A DNA stretch of 64,000 nt from Candidatus Multivoradales bacterium (GCA_965223155.1 CBDCVR010000013.1:1152001-1216000), one strand, 5' to 3'. Numbered from the stretch's first letter, positions 40,136 through 50,860 are shown. Program-made: numbers and translations. Notes: generated by a model from the letters alone, not told the origin.

Positions 40136-40714
40136 CTACGACGCCGCCCCCCAAAAGAGATCAGGAAAGAAAATCGATAGCGCCAGTATGGTCAAGAAGG
40201 TCGCCAGGGGAACCGGAATTCCGTTGACGAGGATGTAGAAAAGCTCCGCCTCGGGGAATCCCCAGTTGTTGTCCTCAACAAGCCTCTTCGCAGGAATCCG
40301 CCTTCTCGCCGAGATCGCCAACAAAGCAAGCAGCAAGAAGGCCAGGGCAAGCCATCCGTTCTGTTCGTTTGGCCAGTTGGGGTGCTCCGTCCTGTAGTGA
40401 AACAACGCGACCAGAGCACCCACGAAACCGAGCGGCATCGAAAAGCAGCCCACGCACCAGCCCCACAGCGCCTTGACGGGCTCGACACACCTGTCGTTGA
40501 GAATCGGCAGGACAGCCAAGAGAAGCACTGCGCCGAGTCCGGCAAAAACCGGCCGTGTCGAGTCCGCAACGAATTTCGCGTTCGCTGACATCTGGATGAA
40601 CCCGATACCGGCCGCGCCGCTGACAGTCGCCAGAGCCGCCCTCCCGGTCTCGCCAATGTCCTCCAACCACTGCTTAATCCCATTCCACATCGACAAAGGC
40701 CCACCCTCCTTCAT
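40136..40714 (-). CDS. Hypothetical multi-pass membrane protein
   Basis: About five hydrophobic segments, lower GC than core genes. The start may be the second Met (MWNG). Confidence 0.6.
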   Translation of the reverse strand: MKEGGPLSMWNGIKQWLEDIGETGRAALATVSGAAGIGFIQMSANAKFVADSTRPVFAGLGAVLLLAVLPILNDRCVEPVKALWGWCVGCFSMPLGFVGALVALFHYRTEHPNWPNEQNGWLALAFLLLALLAISARRRIPAKRLVEDNNWGFPEAELFYILVNGIPVPLATFLTILALSIFFPDLFWGAAS

Positions 40715-40754
40715 GCCCCTCGGGGCGTCGATTCAGTGAAGCGATGAAGCGAGA

Positions 40755-40922
40755 CTAGCTATCTGAGCACACGCAGGCTGTATGCGAAAGTTGTGCAGGA
40801 ATGACAGCCAAGAAGGCCCACTGCCAGCCGACAGCCAAGGCTAGGCCCGCCACAATGACGGCGGCACCCCACGCAAGATAGAAATACGTGGATGATTTCA
40901 GTCGCTTTTTCTGAGTTGCCAT
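40755..40922 (-). CDS. Small hypothetical membrane protein (about 55 aa)
   Basis: ATG after GGAAAGGAAGGA. Basic N-terminus followed by hydrophobic helices. Confidence 0.45.
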   Translation of the reverse strand: MATQKKRLKSSTYFYLAWGAAVIVAGLALAVGWQWAFLAVIPAQLSHTACVCSDS

Positions 40923-41357
40923 TGCCAATCCTTCCTTTCCGTCCCGCCAGGGTCGCGTGACGCCTAGATGCCCAACCACAATTCTCCCAATCTGGACGCC
41001 CATCCCAGGGCTCCAAAAGAATACGTCAATTTACAGCTCTCGGTTGCGGAATCTGCCACAACGGCGAGCCTCGCCCCTCCCAAGAAAAACCACCGCGGCT
41101 CCCTCCTTCCACCGACGGTACACCAAAACGTCCTGATTTCTCGATAAATTTCAGAAAATCCTTCAGTTGCCCTTGACCCCCATCCGCTCCCCCGCGTCGA
41201 TCGGATTGAACTCCTGGGTGCCCGTCCGCCAACGGCTGAACGTCTGGCGGCGGATCCCCGCGTAGTCGGCCCGCCGGCCCTCCGGAATCGCTCGCAAGCG
41301 CTCCGAGAGCGCGCCGCGGCGCCATCCCGGCAAGCCGAAGATGCTAGGCTCTGCGCG

Positions 41358-42233
41358 ATGCTGTTGCGCCTGTTTCCGCTCTGGACGTCCAGCGTCTTGG
41401 CCACCCTGGGCGCGAGGCGCCGGGAGCTCGAGATCGACGGCGGACGGCTCGTCTACTACGAGGCCGGTCCCGCCGACGGCGAGCCCTGGATCCTGCTCCA
41501 CGGCCTGGCCTCTACGACCTTTTGCTGGCAACGAGTAGTGCGGGCGATGCGGCGGGACACCCGTTTGATCCTGCCCGAGCTTTCGAGCCTGGGCGGCACG
41601 CTGGTGCCGGGCAGCGCGCTCAACGTTCCCGAGGGTGCCCGCGCGCTCGAGGCTCTGGTCGAGGACCGGGCGCCGGACCGTACGGTCACCCTGGCCGGAA
41701 TCAGCCTGGGCGGCTGGATGGCCGTGCGCTTCGCTCTCGAGCGGCCGGATCTCGTCGGCCGGATGGTCTTGGTGGATGCCGCCGGCTACGAGCACCAGGA
41801 TTGGGACCGGATCCAGAGTCTGGTCGAAGTGGACAGCCTGGAAGACGTGGACCGACTCTACGGAGCGCTGTTTCACCGCACGCCGCTGCTGCTGTCCCTG
41901 GTGCGCCGGGGCTTCTATCGCGCCTACACCTCGCCCGCGGTGCGCCGGATCCTGGCGAGCACCGAGGAAGCTCACGCCTACGGACCGACGGAGCTGGCCG
42001 CGATTCAGGCGCCCACGCTCCTGGTCTGGGGAGCCAGTGACGGCCTCTTCCTGCCCGAGGTCGGCCACGCGATGCAGGCCCATCTGCCCGAATCCGAGCT
42101 TCTGGTCCTGGACCGCGTCGGTCACGCGATTCACTGGGAGACGCCAGCGCGCATGACCGAGGCCCTACAACGATTCCAGCGCGCCGGTCTGGACGCCTTC
42201 CGCGGTGGCGCGCTCGCCCACCATGCGGCGTGA
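41358..42233 (+). CDS. Alpha/beta-fold hydrolase
   Basis: LLHG, GISLGG nucleophile elbow, WGASD, VGHAIHWE. Confidence 0.9.
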   Translation: MLLRLFPLWTSSVLATLGARRRELEIDGGRLVYYEAGPADGEPWILLHGLASTTFCWQRVVRAMRRDTRLILPELSSLGGTLVPGSALNVPEGARALEALVEDRAPDRTVTLAGISLGGWMAVRFALERPDLVGRMVLVDAAGYEHQDWDRIQSLVEVDSLEDVDRLYGALFHRTPLLLSLVRRGFYRAYTSPAVRRILASTEEAHAYGPTELAAIQAPTLLVWGASDGLFLPEVGHAMQAHLPESELLVLDRVGHAIHWETPARMTEALQRFQRAGLDAFRGGALAHHAA

Positions 42234-42290
42234 CCGCGGAGACGGCATCGCCCGGGTGACTCCGACCTGCCGCCAGATGGAGACCTAGCC

Positions 42291-42452
42291 ATGGCCGAGC
42301 CCGACTTTCTGGTCTGTCTCAACTGCGAGAATCCCTGCTACACGTTCGAGTGGAAGGAAGGGAAACTGGCCGAGATCCTCTGTCCGGTCTGCGGTAACGA
42401 CGACGTCGACGAGTTCTTGTCTCAGGACGATCTCGACGCCCTGGCCGGTTGA
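42291..42452 (+). CDS. Small acidic CxxC/CxxC metal-binding protein (53 aa, absent from ORF track)
   Basis: GGAG SD, then MAEPDFLVCLNCENPCYTFEWKEGKLAEILCPVCGNDDVDEFLSQDDLDALAG-stop. High GC3. Confidence 0.75.
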   Translation: MAEPDFLVCLNCENPCYTFEWKEGKLAEILCPVCGNDDVDEFLSQDDLDALAG

Positions 42453-42467
42453 CGTCCCGCCGCGCCG

Positions 42468-43886
42468 CTAGGCTCGCGCCGGCCGTTCGACCGTCCGCTG
42501 CAGGCGCGCCTGCGACTCCCCGCCCTCGTGTGCCGGAAACCCGATCTGGAAGCGGGTCCCCACGCCCGGCGTGCTGTCCACCTGGACGGTGGCGGCATGA
42601 GCGTCGGCGATGCGCTTGACCACGGCGAGCCCCAGGCCGGTGCCGCCGCGCTTGGTCGAATAGAAGAGATCGAAGACCCGATCCCGATCCTCGGGCTCGA
42701 TACCGACGCCGTTGTCCAGCACCTCCAGCAGGACCCGGCCACCCTCGGTGCGCGCGATGAGCCGCACTTCCGGCCGGAAGTCGCCGGGCCTGCCTCCGGC
42801 GCCGTCGAGCGCCGTAGCCGCCAAAGCGTTGCGCGCCAGATTCAGGAGAAGCTGCGAGATCTGCTCGGGGTCCACCCGTACCCGGGCCCCGGCGGACCGG
42901 TCTTCCACCAGCAGCGAGGTGCCCTCGGCGGCGGCCTCGGGCTCCAGCACGTCGCGGCAGTTCTGGAGCAACTGGCCCGCCGGGATCTCGGCGGGCTCGA
43001 CCGGCCGGGGCTTCGCGTACTGCAGAAAGTCGGTTACCAGGCGCTCGAGACGGCCGATCTCGGAGCGGGTAATCGACAGCAGCCGCCGGGTCGAATCCCG
43101 GCCGCCGGAGCTCCGGCCCGCGGTTTCCTCCTCAAGCATCTGCATGTTCAGGTTGAGCGAGTTCAAGGGATTGCGGATCTCGTGAGCGAGGCCGGATGCC
43201 AGGGTGCCGATGTAGGCCAGGCGCTCGGACTCGACGGCCTTGGCCTCGAGGCTGCGGCTCCGGTGCCAGAGCCGCCAGATGATGAAGTACGCCAAGGCCA
43301 GGATCGCCAGCGTCACCGCGCCGATTCCCACGGTCTGGCGCAGCAGCTCCTGCCGCAGCGTCCCGATCCGCTTGCCGAGCTCGCTGTCGCTGATGCCGAT
43401 GTGCACGAACCCTACGTCGGCGATGGGCACGTCCAGATCGTAGGTCTGCTCGCGGGTGACAGTCTTTTTCTCGACATTCGGAGGGATCTCGCGGTTCTCG
43501 AGCCGTACCGGGGCCGCGTCCTCGACCGCGATCTCGGCCTCGGAGTACCCTCGAAAGACCAGCTTGCCTTCCACGTCCCGAATCTCCACCGTCTGAACGA
43601 TGTCCCGCTTGTTCAAGATCGAGTCGATGTAGGTCTGGAGCTCGCGCTCGACGGCGACGACCGTATAGAGATCCTCACCGCCACCGTCCTCGACCCTGCG
43701 CGTCAGCCGCTCCGCCAAACCCTCGGCCTCGGTGCGAGTCTCGACCAGCACGCGCTCGATCTCGCGCTGCGACAGGGAGCGGAAGCTGAACCAGGCCAGG
43801 AGAGCCAGATCGAAGAGCACGAACAGTCCGAGGACCGCCAAACCCAGAACCAGCTTGCTCGATCCGAACCCGCGAGCGCTCGCCAT
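42468..43886 (-). CDS. Membrane sensor histidine kinase
   Basis: Two TM helices around a periplasmic domain. H-box [10 protein letters not shown]-box NLARNA, DNGVGI, GTGLGL. Confidence 0.93.
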   Translation of the reverse strand: MASARGFGSSKLVLGLAVLGLFVLFDLALLAWFSFRSLSQREIERVLVETRTEAEGLAERLTRRVEDGGGEDLYTVVAVERELQTYIDSILNKRDIVQTVEIRDVEGKLVFRGYSEAEIAVEDAAPVRLENREIPPNVEKKTVTREQTYDLDVPIADVGFVHIGISDSELGKRIGTLRQELLRQTVGIGAVTLAILALAYFIIWRLWHRSRSLEAKAVESERLAYIGTLASGLAHEIRNPLNSLNLNMQMLEEETAGRSSGGRDSTRRLLSITRSEIGRLERLVTDFLQYAKPRPVEPAEIPAGQLLQNCRDVLEPEAAAEGTSLLVEDRSAGARVRVDPEQISQLLLNLARNALAATALDGAGGRPGDFRPEVRLIARTEGGRVLLEVLDNGVGIEPEDRDRVFDLFYSTKRGGTGLGLAVVKRIADAHAATVQVDSTPGVGTRFQIGFPAHEGGESQARLQRTVERPARA

Positions 43887-43921
43887 GGCCGCAGCAGAAT
43901 AGCACCCGCGAGAACCCGAAA

Positions 43922-43950
43922 TTGACCGAGTCTTACGGCTTCGGTACGAT
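43922..43950 (+). promoter_or_regulatory. Putative sigma70 promoter of the ABC/queA operon
   Basis: TTGACC, 17-bp spacer, TACGAT, 24 nt before the ATG. Confidence 0.6.
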
Positions 43951-43974
43951 CCTCGGCGTCAACCCCCAACCTCG

Positions 43975-45648
43975 ATGATGCTACGCCGTCGCCAGACCAC
44001 CATGGCGGTCCTTGCCGTGAGCGCACTCGCGCTCCTGTCCTGCGGCCGGACCGAAGTCCCCGATCGGAGCGATCGGGCCGATCAGAACGATTCGGCACCG
44101 GGCGCGCATCCCGAAGAACCGCGCCGGGGAGGCACGGTGGTTCTGGCCGCCGGCACCGACATCGCCGGCATCAATCAACTCACCGGCACCGGCACCCGCT
44201 TCAACCAGGACGTGCTCGACATGCTCTTCTTGCGGCTCTTCGACGAACAGCCCGACTACCAGGAGCATCCGCCGACCTTCGCCCCCGAGCTGGCGGCGAG
44301 CCACCGGTTCTCGGACGACCGGACGGTGCTGACCGTCGAGCTGACCCGCGGCGTCACGTGGAGCGACGGCGTCGAGATCACCTCGGCCGACGTGGTCTGG
44401 ACTCACGAGGCCCAGATCAGTCCCGAGATCGCCTGGAGCTATGCCGACATCAAAGAGCGAATCGCCTCGGTGACCGCGCTCGACGCACACACCATCCAGT
44501 ACCGGTTTCACGAGGCCTACGCCTCGGCCCTCGCCGACGTCAACGAGGGAGTGATCCTGCCCCGGCATCGCTGGGCGGAGCTGCCGTTCTCCGAATGGCG
44601 GGGCAACGAGAGTTGGTTTGTGGACAACGCAGCGTACAGCGGCCCGTTCGTGCTCGCCGCGCGCCGGCCCCAGGAAGAAATCGTGCTCGAGCGCAATCCT
44701 CGCTACTTCCGGGACGGCCGCCCTCTGCTGGATCGAGTGGTCTTCCGAGTCATCCCCAACCGAGCCAACCAGATCGAGCACCTGCTGTCCGGGCAGGTCG
44801 ATTTCGTCGAGCACGTCGCGCCCAGCCGCGCCGCCGACGTGGAACGCTCGGAGCGGGCCAGAATCGACGCCTATCTGCACCGTCAGTACAACTACATCGT
44901 CTGGAATGGCTGCCGGGAGCCGTTCCGGGACGCCCGCGTCCGGCGCGCCCTGACCCTCGCCATCGATCGCCATTCCATGGTCGAGGCGCTCTGGGGAGAT
45001 CGGGCCCGCCTGGCGTTTTCGCCGATTCTGTCCTCGTTGTGGGCGGTCCATCCGCAGCTCGAGCCCTGGCCTTACGATCCCGAGACCGCGGCTGAGCTGC
45101 TGACCGAGGCGGGCTGGGCGGACAGCGACGGGGACGGCATTCTGGACCGCAAAGGCCGGGACCTACGCTTCGAGCTGTCCACCAACAGCGGCAATCAAGT
45201 ACGCGCGGACGCCGCGGTCATGATCAAGACCGATCTCGCCCGCATCGGCGTCGACGTGCGCTTGCGCCAGCTCGAGTTCAACACGCTGATCCAGAGCAAT
45301 GAGGCCCACGATTTCGACGCCACCATCGGCGCCTGGAGCATCGACACCTCGCTCGACCTCAAGTACGCCTTCCACTCCGATTCGATTGAGAACGGCCATA
45401 ACTACGGTTGCTACGTCAATGCCGAGCTGGATGAGCTGATCGACGACGCCAAGACCCAGGTCGACATCGTCGATGCCGTGCCCTTGCTCCATCGCGCGCA
45501 GGAGATCCTGCACCAGGAGCAGCCCTATACGTTTCTGTGGGAGCCGACCCGGTTGAACGGAGTCAGCCGATCCCTGCGCGGCGCCCAGCCCAATCCGTTG
45601 AGCGCCTACTTCCGCATCGAGGATTGGTGGCTGGCCGATCCCTCCTAG
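43975..45648 (+). CDS. Peptide/nickel ABC transporter substrate-binding lipoprotein (family 5)
   Basis: LLSC lipobox, PELA, WSDG..ITSADV, SGPF, VRRALTLAIDR. Confidence 0.9.
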   Translation: MMLRRRQTTMAVLAVSALALLSCGRTEVPDRSDRADQNDSAPGAHPEEPRRGGTVVLAAGTDIAGINQLTGTGTRFNQDVLDMLFLRLFDEQPDYQEHPPTFAPELAASHRFSDDRTVLTVELTRGVTWSDGVEITSADVVWTHEAQISPEIAWSYADIKERIASVTALDAHTIQYRFHEAYASALADVNEGVILPRHRWAELPFSEWRGNESWFVDNAAYSGPFVLAARRPQEEIVLERNPRYFRDGRPLLDRVVFRVIPNRANQIEHLLSGQVDFVEHVAPSRAADVERSERARIDAYLHRQYNYIVWNGCREPFRDARVRRALTLAIDRHSMVEALWGDRARLAFSPILSSLWAVHPQLEPWPYDPETAAELLTEAGWADSDGDGILDRKGRDLRFELSTNSGNQVRADAAVMIKTDLARIGVDVRLRQLEFNTLIQSNEAHDFDATIGAWSIDTSLDLKYAFHSDSIENGHNYGCYVNAELDELIDDAKTQVDIVDAVPLLHRAQEILHQEQPYTFLWEPTRLNGVSRSLRGAQPNPLSAYFRIEDWWLADPS

Positions 45649-45709
45649 GGGCCGGTGCGGCGAAGACCCCAGCGCCCGGCTCACGAGCTTCGTCCCGCAT
45701 AATGACGCC

Positions 45710-46699
45710 ATGAGGCGCTACCTCGCGAGGCGGGTGGGAGCCGCGCTGGTCGTTCTCGCGCTCACTCTGACCCTGGCGTTTTTCGCGGTCGAGCTTGCCC
45801 CGGGCGATCCGACCAATGCCTTTCTCCATCCAAAGATGTCGGCGGACCAGCAGGAGGCCCTGCGCCAGACCTTCGGCCTGGACCGGCCGTTGCTCGAGCG
45901 CTACCGGGCCTGGGTCACCGCGGTCGTGGTCCGACGAGACTTGGGCACGTCGTTCCTGCACAACCGGCCGGTAACGGCAGTGCTGGCCGACCACCTCGGT
46001 CCGACCCTGCTCCTGGCTTCGACCGCCCTCGCGATCGAGTTCGCCGTGGGCATCGCGCTCGGCATCGCCGCCGCCCGGCGCCGGGGCGGATGGATCGACC
46101 ACCTGATCAGGACCCTCAGCCTCGTCCTCTACTCGACGCCCCACTTCTGGATGGCTCTGATGGTGTTGCTGGTCTTCAGCTACCAGACCGGCTGGTTTCC
46201 GGGTGGGCACATGACCTCGGCGGCGACCGCTGGCGGCGAAGCGGACTGGCTCGACGTCCTCTACCACCTGGCACTGCCGGCGGCGACGCTGGGGCTGGCC
46301 TCGGCCGGAGGCGTGGCCCGCTACGTACGCAACAGCCTGAGCGAGATCCTGACCGAGCCCTTCATCCAGAGTGCTCGGGCCCGCGGCCTGAGTGAGGCGC
46401 GGCTGGCCCGGCGCCACGGCCTGCGCAACGCTCTCGGGCCCTTGCTCGAGCTGGCCGGCCTCAGCTTGCCGTTTCTGCTGAGCGGCGCCCTGGTCACCGA
46501 GGTCGTTTTCTCGTGGCCCGGAATGGGGCGGCTGACCTATGACGCCATCCAGGGCCGCGACTACCCGCTGATCCTGGGCGCCACGGCGCTCTCGGCGGTA
46601 TTGGTCGTCCTCGGCACGCTACTCGCCGACCTCGGCCAGGCGGCCGCCGACCCGCGCGCCCGGCACCAATGGGAGATTCACGAACATGGGCTCGTTTGA
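45710..46699 (+). CDS. Peptide ABC transporter permease (OppB/DppB-like)
   Basis: PGDP, FGLDRPL, ARARGL, EVVFSWPGMG, RDYP. Confidence 0.92.
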   Translation: MRRYLARRVGAALVVLALTLTLAFFAVELAPGDPTNAFLHPKMSADQQEALRQTFGLDRPLLERYRAWVTAVVVRRDLGTSFLHNRPVTAVLADHLGPTLLLASTALAIEFAVGIALGIAAARRRGGWIDHLIRTLSLVLYSTPHFWMALMVLLVFSYQTGWFPGGHMTSAATAGGEADWLDVLYHLALPAATLGLASAGGVARYVRNSLSEILTEPFIQSARARGLSEARLARRHGLRNALGPLLELAGLSLPFLLSGALVTEVVFSWPGMGRLTYDAIQGRDYPLILGATALSAVLVVLGTLLADLGQAAADPRARHQWEIHEHGLV

Positions 46700-47648
46700 G
46701 CTCCGCCTGGGCGGCGGACTCCTGGCTCTGATCGTCCTGGCCTCGTTGGTGGCCCCGTGGCTGGCGCCAGCTGCTCCCGAGCTCGAGTTCGACCGGGTCC
46801 AAGGCGGCAATCTGGAGCCGGGCACCCGGCGCCTGGAGGTCGAGCTCCGCGATGGCCGCCGCTGGCTGGCAGACTCCGTCGCGCCCGGAGACGGAGTCCT
46901 CGACATCGACCGCGGCGGCCGGCGCCAGCGGCTCGCCGCCGGCGAGCTGCTCCATCCCGAACGGCCGGCCCGGAAGCGCCGGTTCTTGCTGGGCACCGAT
47001 CACCTGTCACGCGACGTCCTTTCGCGGCTCCTTCACGGCGGGCGGCTGTCGCTGGTCATCGCCTCGGCGGCGGCACTCCTATCGACCCTCCTGGGACTTG
47101 GCATCGGAGCGCTGGCGGCGGCGTCCGGCCGCGGCTTCGACGCCGTCCTGATGCGCGCCACCGACACCTTCCTGGCCTTCCCCAGGCTCTTCCTGCTCCT
47201 GGCCGTCGCCGGCCTGCTGCGCCCGGGGGTCGCCATCATCGTCGCGATCTTCGCGCTCACAAGCTGGATGTCGGTCGCGCGCATCGCTCGCGCCGAGTTG
47301 GTTAAGCTTCGTTCGACCGAGCTCGCCGTGGCGGCCCGGGCCAGCGGCTTGAGTGCGACCGCGGTAATGCTCAGGCATCTGGTGCCCAACGCCCTGGCTC
47401 CGATCTTGGTGGCCCTGGTGCTGCGCATCGCCGACGTCATGCTGCTCGAAACCGCGCTGTCGTTTCTGGGTATCGGCGTCGAAGCGCCGACGCCAACTTG
47501 GGGCAACATGATCGCCGACGCCTCGCGCGACCTGCGTACCGGTTGGTGGAACGCCGCCTTCCCGGGTCTGGCAATCCTGGCCACCGTGGCGTCGATCCAC
47601 CTCTTGGGAGACGGCCTCCAGGAGCGCCTCCAGCCCAGGAGTCATTAG
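46686..47648 (+). CDS. Peptide ABC transporter permease (OppC/DppC-like)
   Basis: LGTDHLSRD, ARASG, RHLVPN, LSFLGIG...PTWGNM. Confidence 0.9.
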   Translation: MGSFELRLGGGLLALIVLASLVAPWLAPAAPELEFDRVQGGNLEPGTRRLEVELRDGRRWLADSVAPGDGVLDIDRGGRRQRLAAGELLHPERPARKRRFLLGTDHLSRDVLSRLLHGGRLSLVIASAAALLSTLLGLGIGALAAASGRGFDAVLMRATDTFLAFPRLFLLLAVAGLLRPGVAIIVAIFALTSWMSVARIARAELVKLRSTELAVAARASGLSATAVMLRHLVPNALAPILVALVLRIADVMLLETALSFLGIGVEAPTPTWGNMIADASRDLRTGWWNAAFPGLAILATVASIHLLGDGLQERLQPRSH

Positions 47649-47663
47649 CGGCGCTAGCCGATC

Positions 47664-48842
47664 ATGGGCGGACCTTCCGACGATGACGCGACACGAGACG
47701 GCACACCCGCCGCCTTGCCGGCCGGCGACGATGCGGACGTAATGGCCGTGGGTGCGTCTGAGACGGCGAACTGCAAGACGGCCGATTTCGACTACCCGCT
47801 GGACCCGAGCCTGATCGCGCAAACTCCCGCAGAGCGGGGCGCCAGCCGGCTGCTGCGCCTGACCGGCGAGGACCTGGAACACACCCGCTTCGACCGGTTT
47901 CCGGACCTGCTACGACCCGGGGATCGGCTCGTCGTCAACAACACCCGCGTCCTTCCCGCCCGCCTCCTGGGCCGGCGCCGGGGGGGCGGGCGCGCCGAGC
48001 TCCTCCTGGTCGAGCTCCAGACCGAGACCACCTGGAAGTGCCTCGTCCGCCCGCGCCGGCGCCTGCCGCCGGGCGCGACGATCATCCTCGCGCCGGACTT
48101 TCACGGCACGGTGGCCGAGCATCTTCCTGGAGGCACCGCCACCGTCCGCTTCTCCGAAGACCCGTTGCCGCGGCTCGAAAGCCTGGGCCGGACGCCGCTG
48201 CCGCCCTACATCCGCCGGCCACGCGACCCCGAGAAAAGCACGGAGCGCGAGGACCGGAACCGCTACCAGACGGTCTACGCCAGCCGGCCCGGCGCCGTGG
48301 CGGCCCCCACCGCGGGACTTCACTTCACCCAGGACATCCTGCGGACGCTGGCCGAGCGCGGCGTCGAGCGCTCGGAGATCACCTTGCACGTCGGGCCCGG
48401 GACGTTTGCGCCGGTGACCGCCGAGGAGATCGACGCCCACACGATGCACTCCGAGACCTACGAGATCCCGGCGGCCGCCGCGGCCGAGATCCAGGCCACC
48501 CGGGCGGCCGGCGGCCGCATCGTCGCCGCCGGCACCACCGTCGTCCGTACTCTCGAAAGCGTCGCCCTCGGCAACCGGGGCCGGGTGGTGGCCGGCCGGG
48601 GCCGAACCGACCTCTTCATCCGTCCCGGCTTCGACTTCCAGGCGGTCGATGTGCTGCTGACCAACTTCCACCTGCCGCGCTCGACGCTGCTGATGCTGGT
48701 GTGCGCGTTCGGCGGCTTCGAGGCGGTTCTGAACGCCTACCGTGCCGCCACCGAGGCCGGCTATCGGTTCTTCTCCTACGGCGACGCCATGCTGCTGGAA
48801 CGCGCGGCTACCGGTCGGCGCGAAAGGCCCGGCGCAGGCTGA
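47664..48842 (+). CDS. queA: S-adenosylmethionine:tRNA ribosyltransferase-isomerase
   Basis: DFDY.L...IAQ, NNTRV.PAR, PLPPYI, YQTVYA, AAPTAGLHF, LTNFHLPRSTL, YRFFSYGDAM. Start may be 47742. Confidence 0.96.
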   Translation: MGGPSDDDATRDGTPAALPAGDDADVMAVGASETANCKTADFDYPLDPSLIAQTPAERGASRLLRLTGEDLEHTRFDRFPDLLRPGDRLVVNNTRVLPARLLGRRRGGGRAELLLVELQTETTWKCLVRPRRRLPPGATIILAPDFHGTVAEHLPGGTATVRFSEDPLPRLESLGRTPLPPYIRRPRDPEKSTEREDRNRYQTVYASRPGAVAAPTAGLHFTQDILRTLAERGVERSEITLHVGPGTFAPVTAEEIDAHTMHSETYEIPAAAAAEIQATRAAGGRIVAAGTTVVRTLESVALGNRGRVVAGRGRTDLFIRPGFDFQAVDVLLTNFHLPRSTLLMLVCAFGGFEAVLNAYRAATEAGYRFFSYGDAMLLERAATGRRERPGAG

Positions 48843-49242
48843 CCGGAACCAGGAACAGCACCACGTAGACCCCGAGAGCATAGAGCGGGGCCAGGGGGAA
48901 GCCGGAGCGCAGGGACTCCTGCGCCAGCGCCCAGAGCAGGTAGAAGAGTCCGCCGGGCATCAGGAGATGGAGCCAGTAGAAGCCCCGCCGCTCGGCCACG
49001 AGGCCGCCCCCGGCTTCGGCCCGCCGGCGGCGCAGCACCTCGAGGTTGCCAAGCATCCAGCCCAGCGCCGCCGCCAGGCCATAGAGCAGATACAGATCCA
49101 GCCGGATGGTGCCGGCCAGCGGATACCCGAGCCAGGCCATCGCCACGAAGACGATCCAGCACAGCCCGAAAAACAGAATGATGCCGAACTCGGAGCGCGC
49201 GAGGCTCGGCGCGGGAGGCCGCTCGGACGCGGGCGTCCGCAC
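48808..49242 (-). CDS. Hypothetical membrane protein
   Basis: Four hydrophobic segments. Downstream of gcvH and convergent with queA. Confidence 0.55.
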   Translation of the reverse strand: MRTPASERPPAPSLARSEFGIILFFGLCWIVFVAMAWLGYPLAGTIRLDLYLLYGLAAALGWMLGNLEVLRRRRAEAGGGLVAERRGFYWLHLLMPGGLFYLLWALAQESLRSGFPLAPLYALGVYVVLFLVPVSLRRAFRADR

Positions 49243-49320
49243 CCGGCTAGCTCAGCCCTTTCCCGAGCTCGAGCCCGCCGCGGCCCAGAGCCGCGCTGGC
49301 GCCGCCGGCCACCACCGCCG

Positions 49321-49701
49321 TCATCCCTCCTGGATGAACTCCTCGTACTCCGCCGAGGTCATCAGGCCGTCCAGCTCGTCGGGTGCGCTCAGGGTCATCT
49401 TGACCAGCCACCCGTCGCCGTGAGGATCGTCGTTGACCTTCTCCGGCGCGTCGGTCAACACTTCGTTGACGGCAACGATCTCGCCGGAGACCGGCGTGTA
49501 GACCTCGGCAACGGCCTTGACCGATTCGATCGAGCCCAGCTCGTCGTTGGCGTCGACTTGCTCGCCGACCTCGGGCAGCTCGACGAAGACCACGTCGCCG
49601 AGCTCCGACTGCGCGAACTCCGTGATGCCGACGGTGTAGGTGTCGCCGTCCTCGACGATCCACTCGTGGTCCTTCGAATACTTGCGGTCCTCTGGATACA
49701 T
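49321..49701 (-). CDS. gcvH: Glycine cleavage system H protein
   Basis: YSKDHEW, GITEFAQSELGDVVFV, lipoyl motif ESVKA. ATG at 49701 after GAGGAG. Confidence 0.97.
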   Translation of the reverse strand: MYPEDRKYSKDHEWIVEDGDTYTVGITEFAQSELGDVVFVELPEVGEQVDANDELGSIESVKAVAEVYTPVSGEIVAVNEVLTDAPEKVNDDPHGDGWLVKMTLSAPDELDGLMTSAEYEEFIQEG

Positions 49702-49735
49702 TGCGTTCTCCTCGCCGGGCCGACGGACCAACCCG

Positions 49736-50860
49736 TCAGTCCCGTTTGTAGAAAGGTAGCTCGACCACCTTCGCCGGCAGCTCGCGGCCGCGAGCCACGA
49801 CGATGAGGTCGGTTCCCAGCGCCGCCAGCTCCGGCGGCACATAGGCCATCGCGATCGCGCGCTCCAAGGTCGGACTGAAGGTGCCACTGGTCACCGCGCC
49901 TACCGTTCGGCCCTCGGCCCGAACCTCGTACTCGGCGCGAGCCATGCCACGACCCACGACCTCGAGACCGATCAGTTTCTTCCCGGGCCCGGCGGACTTG
50001 GCCTCGACCAGCGCGTCGCGCCCCACGAAGGGCCCGCGATCCAGCTTGATCGTCCAGCCCAGGCCGGCCTCGAAAGGAGTGGTCTCCTCGTCGATCTCGT
50101 GGCCGTAAAGCGCCATCGCCGCCTCGGTTCGCAACGTGTCTCGGGCTCCCAGGCCGGCCGGCTGCAAGCCGTGGCCGGCGCCGGCCTCGAGCAGCGCCCG
50201 CCACAGGGAAGCGGCGTTCTCGGGACGGGCGTAGAGCTCGAACCCATACTCGCCGGTGTAGCCCGTGCGCGACAGCAGCACCTTGCTGCCGGCGACCCGC
50301 GCCGTGCGAAACCGGTAGTACTTGAGCTTGCCCAGAGTCTCCGCGGTCGCCGGTTTGAGCAGCGGCCGCAGCACGTCTCCCGCACGAGGTCCTTGGAGCG
50401 CCAAGAGCGCGTACTCATCGCTCACGTCGTCGAGCTCGAAGGCCTCGCCCTGCCACCTCTCGGCCAGCCCGGTCAGGTGAGCGAAGTCCTTGGCGCGGTT
50501 GGCCGCGTTGACTACCAGCAAAAACTCATCCTCGGCCAGCCGGTAGACGAGCAGGTCGTCGAGATAGGTTCCGCGTTCGGTCAAGAGCGCCGAGTAGTGC
50601 GCGCGCTTGGGCCGCAGCGAAGCCACGTCGTTGGGAGTCGCGACTTGCAGAAAGGCCTCGGCACCCGCGCCGCGAACACGAAATTCGCCCATGTGCGACA
50701 CGTCGAAGAGACCGGCGGCAGTGCGCACGGCCTGATGTTCCTCGATCACACCGGAGTAGCGGACCGGGAGGCTCCAGCCCGCGAATTCGACCATCTTGCC
50801 GCCGGCATCGCGGTGTTCTCGATCCAGAGGCGAGTGCTTGAGATCTTCGTTTGCGCTCAT
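49736..50860 (-). CDS. gcvT: Glycine cleavage system aminomethyltransferase T
   Basis: [41 protein letters not shown]. Confidence 0.97.
   Translation of the reverse strand: MSANEDLKHSPLDREHRDAGGKMVEFAGWSLPVRYSGVIEEHQAVRTAAGLFDVSHMGEFRVRGAGAEAFLQVATPNDVASLRPKRAHYSALLTERGTYLDDLLVYRLAEDEFLLVVNAANRAKDFAHLTGLAERWQGEAFELDDVSDEYALLALQGPRAGDVLRPLLKPATAETLGKLKYYRFRTARVAGSKVLLSRTGYTGEYGFELYARPENAASLWRALLEAGAGHGLQPAGLGARDTLRTEAAMALYGHEIDEETTPFEAGLGWTIKLDRGPFVGRDALVEAKSAGPGKKLIGLEVVGRGMARAEYEVRAEGRTVGAVTSGTFSPTLERAIAMAYVPPELAALGTDLIVVARGRELPAKVVELPFYKRD

Noticed and set aside
41120-41180. dif (XerCD) site in the AT-rich tract
   Set aside because: No TTATGTTAAAT-like XerD arm or 11-6-11 layout.
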